This document shows, one piece after another, positions 10,895 to 21,859 of a DNA stretch of 64,000 nt. The notes beneath the pieces were generated by a model. It worked only from the letters and a program-made list of their open reading frames with translations, did not search any database and had not been told where the DNA came from. The stretch covers positions 56,198 to 120,197 of the forward strand of contig CAVPXM010000069.1 of assembly GCA_963709405.1 (NCBI GenBank), given 5' to 3'. This DNA is from an uncultured Nitrososphaerales archaeon. GTDB taxonomy: Archaea; Thermoproteota; Nitrososphaeria; Nitrososphaerales; Nitrososphaeraceae. The stretch's first letter is position 1; each line of letters starts with the position of its first letter. The position numbers and the translations under genes are program-made.

Positions 10895-12528
10895 ATGAAA
10901 TTATTTGGGAAAATCTATCTGATTGCCTTTTCAAAACCCAGAAGAACTTCTGTACTTTCTATCCTATCATATATCGGATTAGTTATCATTTTGATTGGAT
11001 CAATTTCCGATCGTGTACCGATGAGTTTTGGACAAGGTAATGGCGGTAGTGGTGACGGAGGTAATGGCGGTAGTGGTGACGGAGGTAATGGCGGTAGTGG
11101 TGACGGAGGTAATGGCGGTAGTGGTGACGGAGGTAATGGCGGTAGTGGTGACGGAGGTAATGGCGGTAGTGGTGACGGAGGTAATGGCGGTAGTGGTGAC
11201 GGAGGTAATGGCGGTAGTGGTGACGGAGGTAATGGCGGTAGTGGTGACGGAGGTAATGGCGGTAGTGGTGACGAGGTAATGGCGGTAGTGGTGACGGAGG
11301 TAATGGCGGTGCGAATGCTATCATGGCTAAACATGGCGGGCCACAATGTCATCTAAGTCATCACGGTCACACTGATAGAGAAAGGTGTGTAGATGGCGGA
11401 TCACCGGTGTGTCCTGATGGTTCACAGCAAGGTCCTAAAGGTTGTACATGTCCTGACGGTTCACATCCAGATGGTAATGAATGTCCTACATGTCCTGATG
11501 GTTCACAGCAAGGTCCTAAAGGTTGTACATGTCCTGATGGTTCACAGCAAGGTCCTAAAGGTTGTACATGTCCTGATGGTTCACATCCAGATGGTAATGA
11601 ATGTCCTACATGTCCTGATGGTTCACAGCAAGGTCCTAAAGGTTGTACCATGTCCTGATGGTTCACAGCAAGGTCCTAAAGGTCTGTAATATGTCCTGAT
11701 GGTTCACATCAGAAGGTCCTAAAGGTTGTACATGTCCTGATGGTTCACAGCAAGGTCCTAAAGGTTGTACATGTCCTGATGGTTCACAGCAAGGTCCTAA
11801 AGGTTGTACATGTCCTGATGGTTCACAGCAAGGTCCTAAAGGTTGTACATGTCCTGATGGTTCACAGCAAGGTCCTAAAGGTTGTACATGTCCTGATGGT
11901 TCACAGCAAGGTCCTAAAGGTTGTACATGTCCTGATGGTTCACAGCAAGGTCCTAAAGGTTTGTACATGTCCTGATGGTTCACAGCAAGGTCCTAAAGGT
12001 TGTACATGTCCTGATGGTTCACAGCAAGGTCCTAAAGGTTGTACATGTCCTGATGGTTCACAGCAAGGTCCTAAAGGTTGTACATGTCCTGATGGTTCAC
12101 AGCAAGGTCCTAAAGGTTGGACATGTCCTGATGGTTCACAGCAAGGTCCTAAAGGTTGTACATGTCCTGATGGTTCACAGCAAGGTCCTAAAGGTTGTAC
12201 ATGTTTAATAGATTCAATATCGGATGGTAGCGGCAAATCCTCATGCATAAAAATTCTAGTCTTCGATTCCAAGGGTAACGAAATCGCTTCCTCGTTGGCA
12301 GGGGGAAATCTTCACTTAAAATTGGTGCAAGATAACTCGATTAGGGTGAGTTTTGTTCCCATGATCAAAGCCTGTTCTGTAAAGGTCGATTATTTCCAGT
12401 CCTTAGATAATGGCGCGCCAGCCGGAGGCAATAACAACGATCAGACGAGTTATCGGATCAGCATGAGTAGCGATAATCCTAACCCGGTACATCTGAAGTA
12501 TCATGTGAGGTGTAATGCAGGATCGTGA
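10895..12528 (+). CDS. Secreted Gly-rich and Cys-rich tandem-repeat protein (~540 aa after indel correction)
   Basis: Signal/TM ([19 protein letters not shown]), (GNGGSGDG)x11, His-rich linker, 20 CPDG repeats and a ~105-aa C-terminal domain. The frame breaks coincide with 1-2 nt indels in repeat units (about 11273, 11650, 11685, 11710, 11961). Confidence 0.8.
11036..11310 (+). repeat. 24-bp tandem repeat GGTAATGGCGGTAGTGGTGACGGA x11.5 (encodes GNGGSGDG)
   Basis: Identical units; unit 10 lacks one G. Confidence 0.97.
11410..12204 (+). repeat. 39-bp tandem repeat TGTCCTGATGGTTCACAGCAAGGTCCTAAAGGTTGTACA ([13 protein letters not shown]), 20 units including two 42-bp variants ([14 protein letters not shown])
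   Basis: Units counted from 11410 to 12163; head-to-tail with no spacers. Confidence 0.95.
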
Positions 12529-12541
12529 GGTTTCGATTCAT

Positions 12542-14183
12542 ATGACAAGTAATAATTTCCATGGCGGAATAATAGGGTTGAGATCCATCATTTTATTTAT
12601 GGTTGTCCTGGTTTTGTTAGGAAATATTATCACGGTGAATGCACAGCCAGCCGAGAATAATGGTGTAGAGGGCGTTATAACGATTAACAAAAATCCTATA
12701 ACGCATCCCAGTGATGGCCTTCCAGGAGAGCCTGTCGGACCTTCTTCAACCCAGCCCCAGGGAACATTCATACAGCCTATCGATGTTAATCAAACAAAAA
12801 AGGTAAATGTGGAGGTAGGGGGTAAAAAAATACCCTTCCAAGATATTGTAGTCCTAAAAGACGAAATTGCCAATAATACCCTGACATTGAAAAATACCTT
12901 TAGCGCTCTAACAATGTTAGTTGAGAATTTCGGTGCGGAAATTATCTATACATACAACGGTACAGTTGCAGGATTTGCATTCAAAGCACCAAATCAACAA
13001 ATATTTAATCAACTGACAGATGTTCTTAGGGTTGATCCGCGTGTTAGAGAAGTCGAACAGGATCGGACCGTAGTACCATTTTCTGAGGAATCATCAACTG
13101 GGTTACACAGGATAGACGCAATCTTCGCACCTGCAGATTCAAAAATAGGATCCACAGGCGTCAACTCAGATATTGCTATTATCGATAGTGGTGTAGATCT
13201 AAGTCATCCTGACCTTAACGTATTTAGAAATACATCTGCAATAATTCCTCAAAACGTGACTTCTATTCACAATACATTAGCTGCTAGCAATATAGATTTA
13301 GAGAAGATTGGACTCAATACTCTAAATTTGGGAAAGAATAGAACTGCATTTTATCCTCCTTTTTCTCAGAATATTAATTCAGCCGGAGACGATGAATGCG
13401 GCCATGGTACTTCAGTAGCTGGCATTGCTGCCGCGAAACACAATTCCTTTGGAATAATAGGAGTAGCGCCAGGAGCAAGGTTGTGGTCTATTAAAGTACT
13501 TGACTGGAATAACGCAACTAAAAGATGTGAAGGTTCAATATCTTCTGTAATTGCAGCTATAGACTATGTGACAAAACATGCAAACCAGATTGATGTCACA
13601 AACCTAAGCCTAGGATGCAAGTGTAATTCATCAGCATTGGATGAAGCAATCATAGGTCTGTAGGCGCAAATGTGACGTATGTAGTTGCAGCAGGCAATAT
13701 CCACGCTGATGCTTCATCGTTTTCGCCGGCTAACAATACAGAAGTAATCACTGCTTATCTGCCATTGCCGACCAGGATGGTAGATGTGGAGCAACTGGAA
13801 TTCCTCTATGGGTTGATGCTGGTAATAGTTCAGGGTTTTCTGATGATGATACCTTTGCTCGATTTAGCAATTATGGCTCGGTAGTAGATATCGCGGCACC
13901 AGGAGTTAAAATTAATTCGACATCTGCAAACGGGACATATGCACTGACTAGCGGTACCAGCATTGCTGCTCCCTTCGTGACAGGTGCTGCTCCATTGTAT
14001 AAATCACTGAATCCACATACATCTTTATTGGATATACGTGACGCATTAACAAGTTCAGGTTCCTCGCTCAAAACCATTTGTGACGGTTCTGGTCGAGGCT
14101 ACTTTAAGGATGATCCTGACCAGAATCCTGAGCCCCTGTTGGACCTTGGAAATCTTCTCAAAATGAAAAATAAAGCATCCTAA
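12542..14183 (+). CDS. Secreted S8 subtilisin-like serine protease with I9-like propeptide (two frameshifts near 13655 and 13755)
   Basis: Signal peptide, propeptide (YTY....GFAFK...EVEQD), catalytic IIDSG and HGTSVAG, oxyanion AAGN, and FSNYG..VDIAAPG...SGTSIAAPFVTG. Confidence 0.9.
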
Positions 14184-14370
14184 CGCTTGGTGTATCATGT
14201 AATAGACTCACCAGAAATCTGAAAATGAAAATGCCTAATCTCGATACCTGAGATATGCCGTATTTCTATTCCGTCAATTTCTGCGCGAACTATATAATAT
14301 ATTTAAAATTATAAGGTCAGATATTTCTTAAATATTGATACACTACTACTACTACTAGTGAAAAGATTAA

Positions 14371-14763
14371 TTGGAGAATATGATCTATAATTCACACTCT
14401 ACAATTACTATTGCACCATTAGTTATTGCAGCATTTGTTATATCCCTTACACTCTTATTTCCAGGACATAAACGGATGGAATCCATTTCTGATAACCGAA
14501 GCAGAATTAATATTACTTCCGCCTCACTCGCTAGTTCAGGCCAACAAAAGGTAGAACCATTACAGCCAGTTACCTCGTATACCCTGCCGACTGCTAACCT
14601 AGTCGCACAGTTGTTGCTTGAGTCGTCGCCTGAACTTGTTGCTCAGATTCCCCTAGACCATTTAGCACAGAAAGACATTGTCGAAGTGTTTAGAAATATC
14701 CCCAAGGATAAGATTGTTACTATTATAAAAGAAATACCTCAAGAGAGGTTTGCTGAATATTGA
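14371..14763 (+). CDS. Membrane-anchored hypothetical protein with helical (MgtE-N-like) repeats; 3' end probably frameshifted
   Basis: N-terminal TM; periodic IP.D/E.....I motifs; ILSKLPE continues in another frame. Confidence 0.55.
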   Translation: MENMIYNSHSTITIAPLVIAAFVISLTLLFPGHKRMESISDNRSRINITSASLASSGQQKVEPLQPVTSYTLPTANLVAQLLLESSPELVAQIPLDHLAQKDIVEVFRNIPKDKIVTIIKEIPQERFAEY

Positions 14764-15372
14764 GTAAGCTGCCAGAAGCAAGATTCGTAACGAAATAAAG
14801 AATGTTATGAGCCAACCAGCACATTAGATATAAAGACTTATTACCCCTTAGGATGTCTCAAACAGTTTCTACACCAAGACGTATAGATTGCAAGACACCC
14901 ATGGGAAATATCCGAACTGCCTGCGTTGCCTAGTATATAGGACAACTATTACAAGCGAATATCGATTTTTGCTAGCCTGATTTTGGTTACTATGGATTTG
15001 TTCCTTGTTCTACGCAAAATATTGTTATCGTCACATCTGAGGTGAAAAAATTTATTATTTTATTTACCCATTACGGTGCCTTGAGGATAATGGAGTCACT
15101 GGACTCATATGTCTTAATTCTTCATGTGAATGTAATTTTTGACTGGAGCTAATCTGAATGGTAACTTGGTATATCAAAGATTAGGATGGAGATTCAAATT
15201 TGCCTGCAAACCTAAAAAAGTTGTAACAGTTCAACGTCAGTTCAAGGATAATGGATTTCCAAAAAAATAAGCTCCTGAAATTCTGAAATCAGAACACTTT
15301 TAAGTTGTGACTGATTCTATAAGTGGTAATTCAAGATATGTCGGCTCGATCTCAATTATCATGATTTTGCAC

Positions 15373-15542
15373 TCGATATCAGGAACAATTTCCTTCATAA
15401 ATGGGACAACCAATACTGTAAGCAAGACGATCACGATCGGGAAGATGCCTATCGGAGAAGCTACAATCCAAGTAACCATGGCATCTATGTTGCAAATGCG
15501 GGATCAAATAATGTCTCTGTACTTACTGATAACGATCCCTAG
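15373..15542 (+). repeat. Orphan diverged copy of the 3' 170 bp of the YVTN gene (8170-8340)
   Basis: Manual alignment: 8 substitutions and 1 deletion; the stop codon is retained. Confidence 0.93.
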
Positions 15543-16160
15543 ATAACAATCAGGAACCGGAGACTGATCTCACAAATATAATCGAGTGTTTAATTCTAGC
15601 CTCTAATTGTTTTGTCGCTGGCGATCAGCCTTGCCTTCTATGCAATTAAAACCCCCAAAAATTGTTTTGGAAATCTAAGTCAGTGACATATTTTAATAGT
15701 TAGTTTGTGGAACGTCAACATGGTCGCTTTATCATAAATGTTATCACCTATGAAAATGAGTTTCTGAAAGAAATGCTGTGCAATTCAATATCTTTAGTGT
15801 AATTTTTCGTAATTTACATACTATTTATCTTGTCAACAGCATAAGCTAACTGTGATACCATATGTCCAGCAAAAAGAAAAAGTCATGACTATCATCCACT
15901 ACTCTACAAATTGCCCCTCTTGCAGTGAGTATTGAAGAATTGATACACTCTCTCGCATGGCTCGAACCTCCTCGGATAGTATGACCAACTGGGATGGAAA
16001 CATTAGAAATAATTACCCTAATACCGAAGCCTTCGACCGATTAAGCTACGCCGGCAGCCGAATCAATTACCTTTGAATCTTGACCTGGCTGGGATTGGGA
16101 AAACATAAGAATGAGAACCCTTTTAGTTCATGTTATTCTATAAAATGCAATTGAAGATAG

Positions 16161-17447
16161 ATGCCTGATGTCAATTTTCATGATTTTACGCTCGAGTCGT
16201 TATCAGAACACAGCCGCACAGAATCCAAAAGAAAAGGAGACATGGAGGCAGAATTCTTTGAAGTGATATCAAACCCTCTCAATACTGAAGAAATTCTGCT
16301 AAATCTTGCTAAATCTTTACAGAAAGAGGTCTTGTATCTTGTACCAAACGATATGGCCTTAGTGAGGGTAAATAAAATAGGCCTAATAGACCTGCTTATT
16401 CAGGCATCACAACAAAGGAATGTGAAAATAAAGATTATCTGTCCCCTTTCTGACATCAATTCAGATATAGTAAGAACTATAATAAATCAGGCTCCTGACA
16501 TAAAGATTATTCCAGGAAAGAATACGTCATCCGGTATATTTATTGCTGATGATCTAAAGATGTTAAGGGTAGAAATTAAGGACGCAGACGCCAGTGAATT
16601 CTCCAAGGCGATTGGTTTTGCTCTCTATTCTAATAGCAAGGCCAGCGTCAGCTCGTTCAAGATGTTCTTTGAATTGCTATGGAATGCTTGCATCCAAAAT
16701 GAGGAGCTGATGAGAATCGACAAAATGAAAGACGAATTTATCAATGTCGCAGCGCACGAATTCAGAACACCTATACAATCAGTGTTGGGTTACCTTGAAC
16801 TCGCAAAGGCTGACCCAGAATACAATGCGATCGACAATAAAAGAGGTGGGCTAATTGATGCAGCATATCGAAATGCAGTCAGACTTCATAGGCTAACTAA
16901 GAATATACTAGAAGTAACCAGGATTGAGAGCCAGACCTTGTATTTGAATAAGAAAATATTTGATTTAAAAAAGCCAGTATTAAGCATTGTTAACGATCTT
17001 CAAAATAATACTGCCAAATTGTCACGGAAATACGGTAGTAGCGATACCACATCTAATGAATTTATAGTGAGATTTCCCGATGCTCAAGGTGAGGATGAGT
17101 TAAATGTTGATGCTGATGAAGAGAGAATTACTGAAGTTCTGGTAAATCTGTTGGATAATGCCATGAAGTTTACTAAACATGGAATAATAACAGTTACGAC
17201 TGCAAAAGATAAAGTTAGAAATCAAGCATATGTAAGAGTAAGAGACTCTGGCAGTGGCGTACATCCAGAACTGATGACACGGTTATTCACTAAATTCGCA
17301 AGCAAATCTTCGGGAGGAACTGGGCTTGGACTATATATCTCTAAATCCATCATTGAGGCTCACGGAGGTAAGATATGGTTTGAAAACAATCAAGAGGATA
17401 GGGGATCTACTTTTGGATTTAGTCTTCCCTTGCAAGAAAGACGGTAG
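16161..17447 (+). CDS. Soluble sensor histidine kinase (HisKA + HATPase_c)
   Basis: H-box AAHEFRTP, N-box NLLDNAMKF, G1 DSGSG, F-box FTKF, G2 GTGLGL. Confidence 0.95.
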   Translation: MPDVNFHDFTLESLSEHSRTESKRKGDMEAEFFEVISNPLNTEEILLNLAKSLQKEVLYLVPNDMALVRVNKIGLIDLLIQASQQRNVKIKIICPLSDINSDIVRTIINQAPDIKIIPGKNTSSGIFIADDLKMLRVEIKDADASEFSKAIGFALYSNSKASVSSFKMFFELLWNACIQNEELMRIDKMKDEFINVAAHEFRTPIQSVLGYLELAKADPEYNAIDNKRGGLIDAAYRNAVRLHRLTKNILEVTRIESQTLYLNKKIFDLKKPVLSIVNDLQNNTAKLSRKYGSSDTTSNEFIVRFPDAQGEDELNVDADEERITEVLVNLLDNAMKFTKHGIITVTTAKDKVRNQAYVRVRDSGSGVHPELMTRLFTKFASKSSGGTGLGLYISKSIIEAHGGKIWFENNQEDRGSTFGFSLPLQERR

Positions 17448-18159
17448 TATTTTAATGGAATTTAACTGAGTGCCAATTTTATATATTAAATGAGTGGCAC
17501 AATTTAATAAGTTAAATCAAAGAATGCTATATAGCATTACAGACAAGCTCAATCCAATATTGTATTTGTTCATCTGATTCGGGCCTGCAAAACTGCAGAT
17601 GCTGTTGAGTCGTCAAGCGCTTCATACACGTCATCATGACAAGGCCTCTTTCTCATATGCAATCCCATTTAATTAGGGTGGTCATGTCAATTTATCCAAC
17701 CCAGTACGTCACATGATACAATACTTATATGCCCTGTTATTCGAACATCTTCCGACCTAACATCTCTAATAGATTGGCTGCAGATAGCAAAAGACCACAT
17801 CATTTACATCGTGCCGGATTATCACACTGCCGCAGAAATACACAAGACCATCACGTTTGACCTATCTAATCAAGCAGAGATTGACTTAAATCGGCCAATG
17901 TCTTTAAAAAGTTGTCGGAAGTGTTTATTAAATCTCCTACTCATAACTTGACGCAGTGCCAGAAGGACGTATATTTCTACTAAAACTTCCGAGGTTTGAG
18001 AATACCAGTACGAGGCTCGCTATTCTGCTGGTTTTGGCTTCTGGGATTACGTTCAGCACGTCTTCAATTGCTAATGAGGAGATGAAAAATACGATTGAAA
18101 AATATAGTCACAATAATTCTAGTCCTTTCCATGGTTTTTGGGAGAAAAAAAGGATTGCT

Positions 18160-18729
18160 ATGGTGGCAGAGTCCTTGATATCGTACTTGCCAAGGGAGGG
18201 TAAGAAATCAGAAAGACTAGTTCATTCAAGTTTTAGACTAAGACAAGATGTGTTGAAATCATTAGAAAGAGAATCGAAAAAGAGAGGAGTCACGCTCAGT
18301 AGTCTTGTCAATAGAATCCTGGAAAATTATATGAATAGTGAAATTTATTTTGAAGAGCTTGGATTTATGTTGATGAGCAAAGATTTCCTTAGAAAGACTT
18401 TCAATGAACTAAATGAAAAGCGCGTAGAAGAACTCGGCAAAGACCTAGGACTAACAGTTGCTAAAGAATATGTGTCCTATTTTTTTCCGGAAGTAAATAC
18501 CGATAGCCTCATTAAGTTTCTAGAGTTATGGTTCAAGCGTTTTCAATCATTTTCCCATAGAGTGGATAGTAACCGACATTATTTTACTATAAACCATGAA
18601 ATAAATATGAATTTTTCAATAATTTTGAGAGCTATGTTGGAGGGTGTTATTGAGCCGATAGCAAAGCGAACAGTTGCCTTCAGAGACCTTACTCCAAATG
18701 CGGTCATATTCTCTTTCGAAGCTAGCTGA
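18160..18729 (+). CDS. Ribbon-helix-helix (CopG-like) regulator with a C-terminal ligand-binding-like domain
   Basis: SSFRLRQDVLKSLERESKKRGVTLSSLVNRILENY fits an RHH pattern. The start is uncertain because the ORF is open from 17956. Confidence 0.7.
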   Translation: MVAESLISYLPREGKKSERLVHSSFRLRQDVLKSLERESKKRGVTLSSLVNRILENYMNSEIYFEELGFMLMSKDFLRKTFNELNEKRVEELGKDLGLTVAKEYVSYFFPEVNTDSLIKFLELWFKRFQSFSHRVDSNRHYFTINHEINMNFSIILRAMLEGVIEPIAKRTVAFRDLTPNAVIFSFEAS

Positions 18730-18904
18730 ACTTCAAATGTCCCTTCTACTGTAATTGGCCTTAATAGAGTGGCTTCATAAATTTGATTACCCGGGTGGTA
18801 CATTGATTCATTACCAGAACTAGATATCGATGAAAAATCCAAATCCAGTAGTATTGTTAGTTGATATCTGCTTTGCCGATGTGGCCCAAACCATATAAAA
18901 ATCG

Positions 18905-19294
18905 TTATTTTGATTCTAATTCCATCTTTATTCGATTGATGAGGGTGTCTATGTCTATTGGTTTGGTGATAAAGCATCCAACATTTAGCCCTGGAAATTC
19001 ATGCTTTAAAGAGTCATAGTAAATTTCATAAGCCGTAATAAAACAAGCCTTTGCGTTTCTATCCTTTTTCTGTATCTCTCTGTATAGTTTGAAGCCATCC
19101 ATCTTGTGCATCTTTACATCAAGGAGTAAGAGATCATAAATGCCAGGTTTGAATGCAGCCAACGCTAAGATGGGATCGTTAAATGTATCTACTAAAGCGA
19201 ATCCGTTGCATTCCAAGCCTTGTTTCAAGGTCAGGGTGGTATCGGGCTCATCGTCTACAAGTAATATCATATGTTTGGGCGTAGCTATATTCAT
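18905..19294 (-). CDS. Stand-alone response regulator receiver protein
   Basis: ILLVDDE, LLLLDVKM..MDG, FITA and ITKP motifs. Confidence 0.95.
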   Translation of the reverse strand: MNIATPKHMILLVDDEPDTTLTLKQGLECNGFALVDTFNDPILALAAFKPGIYDLLLLDVKMHKMDGFKLYREIQKKDRNAKACFITAYEIYYDSLKHEFPGLNVGCFITKPIDIDTLINRIKMELESK

Positions 19295-19518
19295 AATGTC
19301 TGTAATTGTCTTTACTAATACTTTTTGGTTACTCTTATTACCGTGATTTAAATTCTCTTTAATAGGATCAATCGTAATAGCTCTCTCTTATTTGTGAAAG
19401 GAAGAGCCTAGATTATTAGTCGGCACTGTGTTACAAAGTCAACCATGTCTAACGATGTCAGTTTGGTACGCCATTGTAGTCACAAGTCCTATGAATCTTG
19501 GTACTAATATAGTGCACA

Positions 19519-19830
19519 ATGAATGGACCGATATTCTTGCCAAGTTGGAGTTTGAAAAAGAATTCGATAACGGTGATTGCCTCTATTGCGGCTATCTTTG
19601 TTGTATTGACGGTGTCGTCTGCCTCTGGAATAACAGTTGTAAGTGCTCAAAAATCCAGTCCACCTCCGGATCACTACGTCGTTCAAAAAACCGCGGAATC
19701 TACAGTAAATCCACTTCCAGGTCACCAATCTTCAATTTTACGCCTTAGTCTAAGTCAGAGGGATTTTATTCCCTGTGCGCTTATAATTATCACTATAGTG
19801 GGACACGTGGGCAATCGACCGTTAAGATGA
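19519..19830 (+). pseudogene. Truncated secreted protein
   Basis: Signal peptide, then QKTAESTVNPLPGHQ, which resembles a thaumarchaeal secreted family I recall; the sequence looks non-coding after about 19730. Confidence 0.4.
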
Positions 19831-19903
19831 CGTATCTTTGTAATTCCAGCAGCTAAAGATAACATGGTAATGCTGTCTTAAAATATGATGATCAACCGAA
19901 TAG

Positions 19904-20976
19904 TCACTTACTAAGCTCAGCAATTATCATAGCTGCCTTTTGAGCTCCATTTTGATCTGTACTGATAGCTGGCCTGGGGTTATTTGTAGTGATTTTGTCT
20001 TCTATCAGCGATTGCAAGTTGAAGATGTCTTCATATTTGTACCCCATCATCCTTGCGTTTTCTTCCTGCTCGAAATGGTTTTTAATTGGAATGAAAATAC
20101 CTGGTGTGCCATAAACACAGGATTCATCGATCGTCGACTTTCCAGCTAAAGATATCAAAAGATCGGATGCATAAATATATTCGTGCAAATTTTCAACTAG
20201 GCCAACATTCCTAACATCATTGCTTGAATTGCAAAGGTTCAGGGAAGGACCTGAAATAACAAGCATATCCGTATCAAGTCTATTCTGTAGTTTTCTGTGA
20301 GCGTTTATAGCTCTTTCGATCAAGAATCTACCTGCATCTGTTCCGCCTATACTGACTACTATTGTCTTCTTATTCATCGCTAATTTTTTTCTTAATTCCG
20401 TTCGATCCGGTGTACTTAAATTTCTTACAATTGGGCCAACATACGATAAGTTGTCTTTATCGTTCCCATAACTTGGGATTATAACGCAGTCACACTTTTT
20501 AATCATCTCTTGCATAGACCTATTCATCTTAGACTCAATCTTCGTGAGAAAAGGTACTTTGATAAAAGAGGTTTTAATAATATCAGTTATCAAGACCCGT
20601 TTTCTCTTCATTTGATCTCCGACTGCAATAGATGCAAAGTCTTCATCACTGATTATGAGTCCATCCGTATTCGCTTTTACAAACTTTCTTGCAATTGACT
20701 TACATTTTTTATGATACATGACATACCTTAGGCAGCCATACCAAAGGATATTGAAGCTTCATGGTATCGTTCACGGTGAATCTTCTAGGATGATATGCAT
20801 CGTATACTTGATACCCTAGAGATGAAACCATTTTGCACGCATTTAGACCACTTACGATCAACGGTCTACTCATATTGAAGAAGCGAAGCTTTTCCAAAAT
20901 CGCGATATCTCTAGTTGCATGGCCTAACCCAATTGGACTAATAAAAAATATTGTTATTTGATTCTCAAGCCTCCAT
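19904..20976 (-). CDS. GT-B glycosyltransferase (MurG/GT28-like), frameshifted near 20720 and near the start
   Basis: N-terminal ISPIGLGHATR; C-terminal VSIGGT, DLLISLAGKSTIDE, GTPGIFIP..HFEQEENA. Confidence 0.85.
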
Positions 20977-21235
20977 TAGATCTCTACTATTCATTAGATG
21001 CAGATAATAAGTACAATTTTTATATTTCTGCACTGGATGTCTTCATAGAATATTTCTTGCAACAAAGGTCGGCATCCTTAACTGGTAAGGCCATTTTTCA
21101 ACTAGTCAGCTTCATAAGGTAAAACTAGAAACTCGAATAAATCCAATTCACATGCCTAATGAGGCGGAAAAATCATTTGTGTGTTCTACGTAAATATAAT
21201 TTAGCGAAGTTAATTGGCAAGCTCAACTGGTAATA

Positions 21236-21781
21236 ATGGCGGTAAGGAAGGCACTAGAAAGAAATTTGCAAGAAAAATTGTGTTGATCACTGGCGCTTCA
21301 TCGGGGAATCGGAAGGCAGGTAGCAATTGATTTTGCAAATAACGGTGCTTCTAAAATAATATTAGTCTCTCGAACTGAAAGGAAATTGATAGAAGTTCAA
21401 AGGACGATCGAACAAATATCAATGAATGGATCTGGAGCAGTAAAAGACATGGATATAATTCCATATGTTTGTGATGTTTCGCATAGACAGGATGTAATAT
21501 CAATGGGAAGAAATCTACTTAAAACTTTGGGTAAGATCGATATCTTGGTTAATAATGCAGGATATGGAACTTATGGCAGAGTGAGTGAGCAAGAGATTGA
21601 AGAAATAGAGTCAATCATGCAGACAAACTATTTCGGAATGGTTTATTGCACTAGAGTTTTTTTGAATTCAATGCTGTCAAGACACACGGGTCACATCGTC
21701 AATGTTGCCTCAGTGGCTGCTAGTTTTGGAGTTGCTGGAATGGCTGCATATTGCGCCGGACCGGACCGTTCGATGAAGTAA
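21236..21781 (+). pseudogene. Short-chain dehydrogenase/reductase, frameshifted and truncated
   Basis: LITGASSG, DILVNNAG and NVASVA motifs; breaks off at AAYCA before the catalytic Lys. Confidence 0.85.
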
Positions 21782-21859
21782 AGGTATCAACCCCTTCAAG
21801 TTAAGAATTTCATTAATTTTTCGCATGGCATATAGTTCAATTAGATGCAAGCCAGTATA

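Noticed and set aside
11036-12204. Tandem repeats as a CRISPR array
   Set aside because: Units are head-to-tail without unique spacers, their lengths are multiples of 3 and in frame, and there are no cas genes.
10915-12272. Alternative-frame ORFs ([50 protein letters not shown] repeats)
   Set aside because: They are by-products of stop-free repeats; only the Gly/Cys frame connects a signal peptide to a C-terminal domain.
8170-15542. Repeat pair as a diversity-generating retroelement TR/VR
   Set aside because: The mismatches are not confined to adenines of either copy (T/C, C/T and C/A occur), and there is no reverse transcriptase in the window.
19428-19748. Cys-rich ORF resembling a metallothionein
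   Set aside because: It is an off-frame reading of the hydrophobic signal peptide of the gene at 19519.
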